From contig NC_135667.1 of assembly GCF_964188315.1 (NCBI RefSeq), positions 9,734,001 to 9,798,000 on the forward strand: a stretch of DNA of 64,000 nucleotides, in the 5' to 3' direction. The stretch is from Podarcis muralis (taxonomy: Eukaryota). Below, in pieces: positions 47,630 through 58,708 of the stretch (within the stretch, counting starts at the first letter, position 1; each line of letters begins with the position of its first letter). The notes beneath the pieces were generated by a model. That model ran no database searches and had not been told where the DNA came from. It was given only the letters and a program-made list of their open reading frames with translations. The position numbers and the translations under genes are program-made.

Positions 47630-48550
47630 TTATGCATGTCTACTCAGAGGAAAGCCACAGAGTTCAATGGGACTTGCTCCCTGGTATGATACAACCGTAT
47701 ATATGTTTAACTGGGAGTAAGTCCTATTGAATTCAGAAGGAGCTCCCTTTGTGTAGATATGCATAGCTAATGCATTGATAGTATCAAAAATAGGAGTGGC
47801 CCTACAGATGTTCAACTCCCAGCATCCCTGGTGATTGACCTTGCTGCCCTGGGCTATTGGGATTTGGGAGTTCTGCAGCATCTGGATGGCCAAAGGTTAA
47901 CCCCCTGGTTCTAAAGCATCAAACATTTACTTTTCAGCTCTTAATTGTTTGTAACTATTATTCCTTTGGGAACCTCTCCATGAAATGTAGAAAATGAAGA
48001 CTTCTGGGAATTTGAGTTTACAAGCCCCTAAGAAGGCATCTATCTCATCAGGTAGATGATAGATACCCATGACAAAGAGTGCTAAGAACAGCTTCTTAGT
48101 GTTCTTACTGTTATTAGTGGGAGTTTTGTTTTGTTTTTTTAAGTATACAGTTGCTAGGAGATTCCAGTGTTCCTTGTTGGATGGGAAGAAATTTGAATGC
48201 TCTGCTTTTTATCATATATTAAAATAGCTTTTTATTTATTTCTTCACAGGCTGAAGAGAGGAAACACGACAGGTAAGTTCAGCAGACAATAGATTGTAGG
48301 CAATAATGGATTGTAGACTATATTAGTTGAAATTAATGAGCATGATTGGGGTCCTTTATTTTTCAACAGGTCTACCGTGAGTAAAAATTAGTTGGATACA
48401 ACATACAGTGGAGAAATAAAGAGTGGCCATAGACATAAAGACCAGTGAAGAATGTGGAGAGAGAAAAGTTTTGCTCCCTCTCTCATAAGATTAAAGCTTG
48501 GGGACATCCACTGAAGCCGGACATTGGAAAACCCAGGAGAGACAAAACAC
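47630..48550 (+). promoter_or_regulatory. OR 5' module (HD + O/E promoter, 23-nt and 7-nt candidate micro-exons), copy 1
   Basis: TAATTG at 47942, ATTCCTTTGGGAA at 47960. cacag|48250-48272|gtaagt and caacag|48370-48376|gtgagt. Aligns to 53515-54975. Confidence 0.6.
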
Positions 48551-48644
48551 ATAGCACATAGCACATAGCACATCCTTGACTGATGGATTGCATGTGTGTG
48601 AATGTGTTTCTTCTGCTTGATCATTCCACAACTCCACATTCACC

Positions 48645-49589
48645 ATGGGACTGAGGAATCAGAGCAGCATGGAGCAAGTGGCCGAGTTCATCTTAACTAG
48701 TTTTCAACTTCCTAGACACCTGGAGCTTATCGTTTTTGTGGTGCTTCTTGTTGTTTTCCTGATAACAGTAGCTGGGAATATCACCATCATCACACTGGTA
48801 TGTTTGGACCAGCATCTCCAAACCCCCATGTACTTTTTCCTCTGCAACCTCTCGCTCATGGAAGTCTTCTTTGTCACATCTATTATCCCCAAGATGCTGG
48901 TGGACATGGTTTCCCTGAGCAAGGCCATCTCTTTTTTGGGCTGTGTGGCTCAATGCTACTTCTACTTTGTCTTTGGCACGTGTGAAACCATCCTTCTTGC
49001 TGTGATGGCCTTTGATCGCTATGTTGCCATCTGCAGACCACTTCACTATGCCATCATCATGAATGGATGGGTCTGCACCTATATGGTCCTTGGCTGCTGG
49101 CTTGCTGGATTCCTTTCTCCTGTTGCCCCATTCATTTATTTCTATCCACTATCCTTCTGTGGCTCTAATATTATAGACCATTTCTTCTGTGATTATGTTT
49201 CAATGCTAAAGCTTTCTTGTAATGATGTACATTTCAATCTAACTTTGGCTTCAGTCCTGTCCTCAGTGGTGCTCCTCAGTTCTTTGTTTGTCACTCTTCT
49301 CTCTTACATCTACATCATCGTCACCATCTTGCGCATGCACTCCACCAAAGGTCGGCAAAAGACATTTTCCACCTGTGCATCTCACATCACTGTTGCCTCC
49401 ATTTTTTATGGCAGCTCAATTTTCATGTACTCTTTACCCAGCCAGGGACGCTCTCGGGATGTCCAGAAAGCAGTTGCTGTCCTTACTGGAATGGTTACCC
49501 CATTGCTGAACCCTTTTATTTATAGTCTAAGGAATGAGAAGGTCAAGGAGGCCTTCAAAGACTGTTTGAAGAAGAGGAAAGCTCTTTGA
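48645..49589 (+). CDS. Olfactory receptor, family-6-like, 314 aa (MGLRNQSSMEQ...)
   Basis: All OR motifs present; close paralogue of 36569 and 41294. Confidence 0.96.
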   Translation: MGLRNQSSMEQVAEFILTSFQLPRHLELIVFVVLLVVFLITVAGNITIITLVCLDQHLQTPMYFFLCNLSLMEVFFVTSIIPKMLVDMVSLSKAISFLGCVAQCYFYFVFGTCETILLAVMAFDRYVAICRPLHYAIIMNGWVCTYMVLGCWLAGFLSPVAPFIYFYPLSFCGSNIIDHFFCDYVSMLKLSCNDVHFNLTLASVLSSVVLLSSLFVTLLSYIYIIVTILRMHSTKGRQKTFSTCASHITVASIFYGSSIFMYSLPSQGRSRDVQKAVAVLTGMVTPLLNPFIYSLRNEKVKEAFKDCLKKRKAL

Positions 49590-49833
49590 TGTACCCTTTC
49601 CTTTCTTCATTGCACCATCATGATTCAGTTTGTACAGGTTGATTAGTATGTGAGCAAGTATGTGATGGACTGCTGGTTGTGGTGTTCCTTCTGAGCTGAA
49701 GGTCTTTTTGGGGGGGGGGTTGCAAGTCCTGTCTTTCAGCTACTATATCACCAGCAAATGATTGCATGAACATTGAAAATGCAAGGTATCACCACGTGTA
49801 AAATGGTTATAAATAGAAAACTGGGTAACTGGG

Positions 49834-50091
49834 AGCCAGTGTGGTGTAGTGGTTAAGAGTGGTAGTCTCGTAATCTGATGAACCGGGTTCGCGTCTCCGC
49901 TCCTCCACATGCAGCTGCTGGGTGACCTTGGGCCAGTCACACTTCTTTGAAGTCTCTCAGCCCCACTCTCCTCACTGAGTGTTTGTTGTGGGGGAGGAAG
50001 GGAAAGGAGATTGTTACCTGCTTTGAGACTCCTTAGGGTAGTGATAAAGCAGGATATCAAATCCAAACTCCTCCTCCTCCTCTTCTTTTTC
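49834..50091 (+). mobile_element. tRNA-headed CORE/MIR-like squamate SINE
   Basis: agccagtgtggtgtagtggtt head, gggtgaccttgggccagtcac core, (CTC)n tail. 8-bp TSD taactggg at 49826-49833 and 50092-50099; empty site in the paralogous flank near 42510. Confidence 0.85.
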
Positions 50092-50179
50092 TAACTGGGT
50101 ATGACAGACAGACCCCGGGTTAGCCTCCTATTGACCCAGAAACCAATCAAGACTGTGTCTATTATTGTAAAATCAGGAG

Positions 50180-51007
50180 AGAGTGGTCTCTTGGTTGACC
50201 CAGTGGTGTAGCGTGGGGCGTGCAGGGGGGGGCGGCCGCACCGGGCGCAACATCTGGGGTTAGGGCAAATCCACGGGTTAGGGGGCGCAAATCCATGGGT
50301 TAGGGGGCGCAAATTACTTGCCTTGCCCCGGGTGCTGACAACCCACGCTACGCCACTGGGTTGACCACAAACTTGACATGAGCCAACAGTGTGACGCGGC
50401 AGCTAAAAAAGCCAATGCAATTCTGGGCTGCATCAATAGGAGTATAGCATCTAGATCAAGGGAAGTAATAGTGCCACTGTATTCTGCTCTGGTCAGACCT
50501 CACCTGGAGTACTGTGTCCAGTTCTGGGCACCACAGTTCAAGAAGGACACTGACAAACTGGAACGTGTCCAGAGGAGGGCAACCAAAATGGTCAAAGGCC
50601 TGGAAACGATGCCTTATGAGGAATGGCTAAGGGAGCTGGACATGTTTAGCCTGGAGAAGAGGAGGTTAAGGGGTGATATGATAGCCATGTTCAAATATAT
50701 AAAAGGATGTCACATAGAGGAGGGAGAAAGGCTGTTTTCTGCTGCTCCAGAGAAGCGGACACGGAGCAATGGATCCAAACTACAAGAAAGAAGATTCCAC
50801 CTAAACATTAGAAAGAACTTCCTGACAGTAAGAGCTGTTCGACAGTGGAATTTGCTGCCAAGGAGTGTGGTGGAGTCTCCGTCTTTGGAGGTCTTTAAGC
50901 AGAGGCTTGACAACCATATGTCAGGAGTGCTCTGATGGTGTTTCCTGCTTGGCAGGGGGTTGGACTCGATGGCCCTTGTGGTCTCTTCCAACTCTATGAT
51001 TCTATGA
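50180..51007 (+). mobile_element. 5'-truncated CR1 LINE (RT C-terminus, ORF 50378-50935)
   Basis: [19 protein letters not shown]...[11 protein letters not shown]...RRLRGDMI and a (TTCTATGA)n tail. Confidence 0.95.
50201..50358. mobile_element. hAT-type MITE inserted in the CR1
   Basis: TIRs cagtggtgtagcgtggg/cccacgctacgccactg. Perfect 8-bp TSD ggttgacc at 50193-50200 and 50359-50366. Internal repeats of about 22 bp. Confidence 0.92.
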
Positions 51008-51360
51008 GAGGAGTGAGTTAGAACACAACGGTTTAAATATCAAATAGGGCTTTTCTGACAGTGAATGTTTGTTAGGGCTTAGAGAGTACCTAGACAGGGC
51101 GTAGTTCAGAGCCTGCTTAGGACTGAATTAGAAGTTAGCTAGGCAGGGCAAGCCAGATCATTTTCGTGAGGGAAGATCTTAGAAGGGACTGGGAGTGTTT
51201 TATTGGTTGATATTGGCACCCATCTGTCTCAAGAGACAATGCAGTGGGACCAGACCACTAGCCACTCTAGAAGGCATTGTTGTATTCAGGGAGAGGTTCA
51301 AAGTGAGAATTTCAATAAAGTTCTGTAAAGAGTGAGTGAAACAATGAGCTGTGCCTTATT

Positions 51361-51962
51361 TTGTTGTTGTTTAGTCGTTTAGTCGTGTCTGACTCTTCGC
51401 GACCCCATGGACCAGAGCACGTCAGGCACTCCTGTCTTCCACTGCCTCCCGCAGTTTGGTCAGACTCATGTTTGTAGCTTCGAGAACACTGTCCAACCAT
51501 CTCGTCCTCTGTCATCCCCTTCTCCTTGTGCCCTCAATCTTTCCCAACATCAGGGTATTTTCCAGGGAGTCTTCTCTTCTCATGAGGTGGCCAAAGTATT
51601 GGAGCCTCAGCTTCCAGTGAGCACTCAGGGCTGATTTCCTTAAGAATGGATACGTTTGATCTTCTTGCAGTCCATGGGACTCTCAAGAGTCTCCTCCAGC
51701 ACCATAATTCAAAAGCATCAATTCTTCGGCAATCAGCCTTCTCTATGATCCAGTTCTCACTTCCATACATCACTACTGGGAAAACCATGGCTTTAACTAT
51801 ACGGACTTTTGTTGGCAAGGTGATGTCTCTGCTTTTTATGATGCTGTCTAGGTTTGCCATAGCCTTTCTCCCAAAGAGCAGGCGACTTTTAATTTCGTGA
51901 CTGCTGTCACCATCTGCAGTGATCATGGAGCCCAAGAAAGTAAAATCTCTCATTGCCTCCAC
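51361..51962 (-). mobile_element. 5'-truncated BovB
   Basis: Same 3' end and (AAC)n tail as 2379-5578; FTFLGSMITADGD...FELWCWRR. 9-bp TSD tgccttatt at 51352-51360 and 51963-51971. Confidence 0.95.
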
Positions 51963-52686
51963 TGCCTTATTAGAGAACCCATTAAGCTGTATCTCTCATC
52001 AAGATTATGTAAATAAAATTCTAGTTTTGTTCCAAAAGTGCCTCATCCTTACTTTGATCCTCTGGGACGGGGATAAGTATAAATAAGTGATTTCATAAAA
52101 TCAGTTACCTCTAAAGTAGGTTAAAGTAACAGAAGTATAAAATTGGGTCAGGTGACAAGAAGGCTGGGGGGGGGCACACACAGATCATGTCATCCACACA
52201 TACCCAATAAAGGAAGTAGATTTTCCTCCCAATTATTTCCCATCATTTTGAGTGGAGGGTAGTAAATCTTCCTTCATCATCACCACCAAAATGCCTTAGA
52301 ATAGCAATAGATCTGGGTACTGTGAGGAGTGAAAAATAATGGCCAGGCTCCCATCACACTTGCTGCTGCCCCACACCACACCACTTCCAAGCTTGGTGGT
52401 GGTTGTTAGGAGAGAGAGAAGAAGCTGTGGTAATGGTGAGCCCCACCCTCAGCAAACTGTTCAAGAGCCCCTTCCTGGATAAATTTTGGTGAAATGGTTC
52501 CCCCTCAATTTCTCTGTTCACAAAAATGAAGCATGCTCATTTCCTGCTGGGATTAGTAAATAGAGCAGAACAGAGCTTTCCTTGACTATCAGCCAAGGAA
52601 ATGAAACTGAAACAACTTTACCTCGGATTTCAATATGACGATCATTTGTCAGGCTTGATGGAATTGATGATTAAAGAATGAGTAAG

Positions 52687-52876
52687 TAGGGTTGGCATAT
52701 GCCCATAATTCCCTGGACATATCCAGGACGTATGGCAAGTCATGTCGGCAGTGTTGTTTTTGCCGATTTATCGAAAAATAGCTCCAAATAGCTAAAAAGT
52801 AGCTCCAACTACTTCGGGGGGGGGGAGGAATCTCAATAACTTTTCTGCCTGGATTTTTTGAAAAATGGCAACCCTA
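52687..52876. mobile_element. MITE with tagggttg(g/c)cat TIRs (hAT-like)
   Basis: tagggttggcatat...atggcaacccta; TSD not recognisable. Confidence 0.55.
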
Positions 52877-53514
52877 GATGATAATAGCCCCCATGGGAAT
52901 CTCATGTAGCACCGCCGAGAGAAGGAAGATGGGGAACCTCAAGCCCAAGAGCAAAATGTGTAACTCTCTAGCCTTGCTATCTCTTCCATGTAACTCTCCC
53001 AAAGCCACAAGTCTCATTTACTCCCCAAAGTATCATTTCCATGGCTGTTTCACCTCCTATTCCAATGCAAACACTTTCGTATTGCTGTTCCAATTCTTTG
53101 AATCCTTACTCATGTGACCTTAGAAAAGAGAGAAGTAAGGATCACCATCAGCTCATGAGAGCTGAGACAGCAGTGTCCTAGTGGTGGTAGCACTGCGTTT
53201 GTTGGGACAGAAGTGGGATTGAAGGAGCTACAGGTTTTTGGTAGCCCCATAGGTGTAGGTGCATTGCTGCCTGACCAGCTGAGTGCCACAGATGGGTCAA
53301 AGTTAATGCCTCTGCACACACAAATCTTGAGTGACCACTGAGACACACTGTCTCCTACCTAGTATCAGAGAGCTGGAAGGGACCTCAAAGGTCATGTAGT
53401 AGCAGTAGCACAAACTTTCTGCTATTACAGAAGATCTGCTGCTTCTCACCCCAAAAAAACCCCACAATTCTGAACTGTGCTCGAACCATCTTGAATCCAC
53501 AACGGTGAAATTCT

Positions 53515-54975
53515 ATGCATGTCTTCTCAGAAGAAAGCTACATTAAGTTCAGTGGGACTTGCTCTTCAGCCCTGTACGTGTTTACTTGGGAGAAAGTCCT
53601 ACTGAATTCAGTGGGAGTGTCCTCTGAGTAGACATGCACTGTCAGTTGAAAATAGAAAAGAATAGAAAATAGAATAGAATAGTATTGAAAATAGAAGTTG
53701 TAAACCATATACAGTGGTATCTCGGGTTACATACGCTTCAGGTTACAGACGCCACTAACCCAGAAATATTGCTTCAGGTTAAGAACTTTGCTTCAGGATG
53801 AGAACAGAAATTGTGCTCCGGCGGCACGGCAGCAGCAGGAGGCCCCATTAGCTAAAGTGGTGCTTCAGGTTAAGAACAGTTTCAGGTTAAGTACGGACCT
53901 CCGAAACGAATTAAGTACTTAACCCGAGGTACCACTGTAGTGCGAATCTTCAACTCCCAATATCCCTTGATGTTGATTATGCTGATGGGCCGGCAAGATT
54001 TGGGAATTCTTCAGCATCTAGATGGTGACAAATTAACCACCCTGGTCTAGAGCATCTAACATTTTGCCTACTAATTCTTAATTGTTTGCAACCATTATTC
54101 CTTTGGGAATCTCTCCATGAAATACAGAAAATGAAGACTTATGGGAATTTGAGTTAGAAACCACCAATGAAGGCACCTCATCACATAGATATCCTACAGA
54201 TACCAGGGACAAAGAATGGTGAGAATGAATGCCTTCTCTTGCTATTATTCCATGCCCCCCACCTCCTGCTTTTTACTTTTACTAAAAGCAGCACACAAAC
54301 ATCATCAAAACTCACATAGACGTGCTCTGAAATCTGCATTGTTGCTCCTAAGGCTGCATCAAAGAGCACAACTTTTCTATTTTGGCATTTGCTTTGATTT
54401 CTGTTATTTGATTTTGTGTTTTGCTTTTTAGAATACAATTGCCAGGAGCTTACAATGTTCATTATGTGATGGGATGAGATTTATGTGCTCTGCTTTTTTA
54501 TTTAACACATTTTAAAATGGCTTTTTCTTCATATCTTTACAGGCAGAAGAGAGGAAACACAACTGGTAAGTTCAGTACTTAGTGGACTGTATCCGATATT
54601 AATTAGACTGGCCTCATTGAGATTAATGAGCACGACTAAGCAAGGTCCTTTAATTTCAACAGGTCGAAAGTGAGTAAAATTTGTTAGGCTACAGCTTAAT
54701 GTTTCCCTCCTGTAGCCTCTGAACTGTCACACTGCAGACTAATACAGAACTATTTATGTATTTATTTTTCATGGTATTTCTATGCCATCCCACAACTAAG
54801 GTTATCTGGGCAGTGTACATAAAAAATAAAGTATGTAGGTCGATCAATCCACAGATAAAATACTAAAGCTGGAAACTCAAAATCCTTTTTAAAAAATGAA
54901 CCCTACATACATTTATATCCCTCTCTCATAAAAGTAGGACTTGGGGACATCTAATAGAGAAGACAAAACAAAGTC
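53515..54975 (+). promoter_or_regulatory. OR 5' module, copy 2 (HD + O/E, ATG|gtgaga exon, 23-nt and 7-nt candidate micro-exons)
   Basis: TAATTG at 54079, ATTCCTTTGGGAAT at 54097-54110, ATG at 54216-54218 then gtgaga. tttacag|54543-54565|gtaagt and caacag|54663-54669|gtgagt. Confidence 0.6.
53712..53937 (-). mobile_element. Tc1/mariner-pogo-type MITE (17537 family)
   Basis: Same TIRs and body reversed, TA flanks; absent from module copy 1. Confidence 0.9.
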
Positions 54976-55130
54976 CTTGTTCATTTTCCCCCACCCACTC
55001 TTCTCTCTATACTTCTGTATCGAAGTATCACCTGTGCTTGAGATATTTATCTCCTGAGTACATTGAGTTCAGTGCATTTACTTAACGAGTACACATTGAA
55101 ATCAGTTTATGTTTTTTAGGTACCTCCCAG

Positions 55131-56111
55131 ATGTACAAAAACAACCAAACCACAAGCAAAGTCAACGAATTCATCTTGCTGGGCTTCTCGGTAGACTGGC
55201 AGGTGGATATCGTTTTCTTTGTGGTGCTCCTTTTGGTCTACATGTTGACCATCACTGGCAACGTGGTCATCATTACTGCAACATGGGTTGACCGCCGACT
55301 CCACAGCCCCATGTATTTCTTTCTCTGTAACCTGTCCTTCCTGGATGCCATGGTGGCCACAGCCATTGCTCCCAAGATGATGAAGGACTTTTTATCAAAG
55401 AAGAAGGCCATATCCGTATCTGGCTGTATCGCTCAGTGTTATTTCTACTTCTTTCTTGGCACCACTGAATTCATCCTCTTGGCTGTCATGTCCTTGGACA
55501 GGTATGTTGCTATCTGCAACCCACTCCGATATTCCATCATAATGAATATACGCTTGACAATCCAGCTAATGCTTCTCTCCTGGTTTGGGGGCTTCTTTTC
55601 AGTCCTTTCTCCAATCATCATTATTTCTCAGCTACCTTTTTGTGGTCCTAACATAATTGACCACTTCTTCTGTGACATTGAGCCATTGATAAGACTTTCC
55701 TGTGCTGACACTGCCCTCCTGGAGATGATTGAGTTCTCCCTTTCGACCATTGTGCTCTTGAGCTCTCTGATGCTGACAGTGGTATCCTACCTGTATATCA
55801 TCACCACCATCCTCCGCATCCAATCTACAACAGGTAGGAAAAAGGCGTTCTCCACTTGTGCTTCCCATATCACGGTGGCCTCCGTCTTCTATGGAAGTGC
55901 TATCTTTATGTACATCGTGCCCAACAAAGGCTTTTCCTTTGGCCTCAAGAAAGCTGTGACCCTCCAGACCTGTATTGTCACCCACTTGCTCAATCCATTC
56001 ATCTATACCCTGAGGAATCAGCAGGTCAAGGAGGTGCTGAAAGACACCGTGTCCAGACTCCCATGCACCACAAAGAAGCTGAAGACAAGCTTACCAAGGA
56101 AGGAAGGGTAA
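55131..56111 (+). CDS. Olfactory receptor, family-6-like, 326 aa (MYKNNQTTSKVNEF...)
   Basis: Motifs LHSPMYFFLCNLS, MSLDRYVAICNPLRY, DHFFCD, KAFSTCASH, LLNPFIYTLRN. Confidence 0.96.
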   Translation: MYKNNQTTSKVNEFILLGFSVDWQVDIVFFVVLLLVYMLTITGNVVIITATWVDRRLHSPMYFFLCNLSFLDAMVATAIAPKMMKDFLSKKKAISVSGCIAQCYFYFFLGTTEFILLAVMSLDRYVAICNPLRYSIIMNIRLTIQLMLLSWFGGFFSVLSPIIIISQLPFCGPNIIDHFFCDIEPLIRLSCADTALLEMIEFSLSTIVLLSSLMLTVVSYLYIITTILRIQSTTGRKKAFSTCASHITVASVFYGSAIFMYIVPNKGFSFGLKKAVTLQTCIVTHLLNPFIYTLRNQQVKEVLKDTVSRLPCTTKKLKTSLPRKEG

Positions 56112-56115
56112 TCAT

Positions 56116-56802
56116 CAGTGCTGGATACAGCTTAGCCCCCCCCCCCCAATTCACTATTAATATACTTCTTCTTACCAGGGAGAAGAGTCGGTGGAAGAAG
56201 ATTGGAAGAAATTTAAAGACTATCTACAGAAATGTTGTAAAATTAATGAATGTTAGAATGATGTTGGATAAGAAGTTAAGTGGTTTTTAGCTATAATGCT
56301 ATAAGGAATATGAAAAAAATGGATTATTAACAGGTAAAAATTTAATGTTACAATATTTTAAGATTAAAGACTAGGATAAACAAAGAGGGAAAGGATTTGC
56401 TGAACCAACAAATTGAATTGGAATACAAAAAAGGGAGGTGTGAGGAGGTCCGGGAAACAAGCAAATGAAAGATAAGTAATGGAAAGATGGAATTGTTTTT
56501 AACTATTTTTATTTTGTATTTTTCTTTTTTCTTTTTTCATTTTGTAATACTTTGAAAATCTTAATAAATATCTTTAAAAAAATATTAATATACTTCTTCT
56601 TAATTGTATTTCAGTTCAAAAATTACTTTGATAAAATACATATTTTGTTATGTGCAAATGGGCTTTAGATACCTATTAGGTCCATAAATTACAATTCAAC
56701 ACAAAAAACAACAATTTGTTGTTGACAAAGGACAGCTGGACATATAAAGGGCCCCGTTACCTTCAGTAGCTTAGGGCCTCATCAAACCTAATTCCAGCCC
56801 TG
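56116..56802 (-). mobile_element. hAT-type MITE (59122 family) interrupted by an L1 fragment
   Basis: Reverse complement of 59122-59430; degraded 8-bp TSD gtaatcat/ataaccat. Confidence 0.8.
56175..56582 (+). mobile_element. L1-type LINE 3' fragment
   Basis: ORF end EEDWKKFKDYLQKCCKINEC*, T-rich 3' UTR, AATAAA at 56563, poly(A). 20-bp TSD tattaatatacttcttctta at 56155-56174 and 56583-56602. Confidence 0.85.
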
Positions 56803-56994
56803 ATAACCATCGCCATTCAGTGGAGGATGAAAGAGAACACACAGACATTGGAGACAGCATCCTCCTTCTGCCCAATAGCCTATTAGAAACCATGTGTCCT
56901 TCTTTCCTTCTTTTTCCCTGTTGCATTCCTGAGTTTGAAAAACATATTGAAACTTTCCTTACATCCAGGAAACATAGGAACTTTTAAAACATTC

Positions 56995-57905
56995 CCGTTT
57001 CCAGGAGCTTGTCCTACTCTCGAGTAGGACACTGGCAGAGACACATGCTCGACTGGCATGTTCCCTCCCTCCTGGTCAATCATTCGGGAGCTTCAAAAGC
57101 TTTCTTCTGCCTGAACATCACAGCCACTGATGCCAACAGACACCGGCACGCTTAGGGATCCGCAGATTCTTCACAGCTCCTGTAACAGACCTCAGCAACT
57201 CAGCATTTTGGTGTCATAAAAAATATATATTAATGAATGCTAGAAGAATGTTGGAATGAAGTGATATGGCTTTAGTAGAAATGTTATAAGGAATTAAATA
57301 TAAATAGATTAATAGAGTATTAAAGGAAAAATAAGGTTAAAATGTGTTAAGATAATTATAGGATAGAAAACAGGGGACGATGGAAAGGAATTGCTGAAAT
57401 AATTAATAGATGTGGAATACAAAAAAGGAGGTGTGAGGAGGTCGAGGAAATATGTGAAAGAAAGAAAGATAAGATATTGGGGGAAAATTTTTTTTCTTAT
57501 TTTTCTTTTTTGTTTTGATGTGTTTTTTAAACTGTTTTTCTTTTGTCTTGTTAGTTTAATGTTTTAGTGTTTTTTGTATTGTAATGTATTGTTTTTTCTG
57601 TGCTTTTTCTTTTTTGTTTAAATTGTTGTAAAAGTAATAAACATTATTAAAAAAAGCAACTCAGCATTTTGGCTAATCTACTTTAAGTGCATATAAACAC
57701 ACACGGAGCACTGCAACATGGCTCCTTCTCTCTCTAGCATCAGACAGCAAAGGGGGGGGGGACAAAGGACAATAGTCCCACTTCACAGAACGCAGTAACA
57801 CAAACTTCCTGTCTCCGTCACTTCCCACTCTGTGGAGTCAAAACATACATCGTCATGCGATAGACAAAAATCCCATGACTGCAATCATGGAGCAGGAATT
57901 CTAAC
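56995..57905. repeat. Segment of about 450 bp (plus L1 insert) duplicated directly at about 61715-62160
   Basis: ggagcttgtcctac...gagcaggaattctaaca is shared by both copies. Confidence 0.9.
57212..57655 (+). mobile_element. L1-type LINE 3' fragment
   Basis: Related to 56175-56582 (ggaatacaaaaaaggaggtgtgaggaggtc); AATAAA and poly(A). 17-bp TSD gcaactcagcattttgg; empty site in the 61.9-kb copy. Confidence 0.87.
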
Positions 57906-58245
57906 ACCCAGATGTTTTGAGAATTCTATTCCAAACATTCAATTTACAAATGGTAGTTTTAGTTTTTTGAAGCCTACTGCATAATAAGTCAATGTGTAAT
58001 AGAAGGAAGAGCCACTTCATCAGCTTTCCTGAGAAATGTTCTCCATCTCCCTCAACCATCACTTGGCAGCAGACATTCCATAAGGCTACAACAGATGGAG
58101 GGGGCAGGGTCACTCCATTGACTCAGCCAAGAAACATTCAACTTTTGGCCCCTCCTCTTTTCCAACTATTTCCATTCCAGCTGATTGTTATAAGGACTTT
58201 GTATCTAAGAACTAGTGGTTGATTGCCCTTTCCCCATTCTCCCTC

Positions 58246-58285
<40 letters not shown>

Positions 58286-58708
58286 GTAACTTTTAAATTG
58301 TAAGTTTGAGGGCAATGACTATCTTATTTGGCTGAATCGTGGGTTTAATTTTTTTCAAAGAAAGAAACAATAAATATGGCAAGTCATTTCTATTACTATC
58401 TAATTGAATTCATTTTGCATGTTATAAAAGCCGTTCTAAAATATTTATGTGTTATTCTGTTGCCTATATTGAAGATTGCAGGATTAGGGAGTGGGGTGGA
58501 ATAAAATCATAGTTGAGAAGTGTCATGAGGGGAAAAAATCACTTCCGAAGGTCCGTTTTCCAGGTGGGGAATTTACCAAAAATAAAAAGACACACACAAT
58601 TTCAAAGGAAAAACCCCAGAAAACTAGAGCATCTTTAATACCACTGCAATAGGACCAATATTACAGGAAAGAAAGGTAGATTCATGGTACAAACATACAG
58701 GGTTTATA

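Noticed and set aside
50245-50315. Telomere-like gggttag repeats or CRISPR-like array
   Set aside because: These are internal repeats of about 22 bp in a hAT MITE, without spacers or (TTAGGG)n runs; the DNA is vertebrate.
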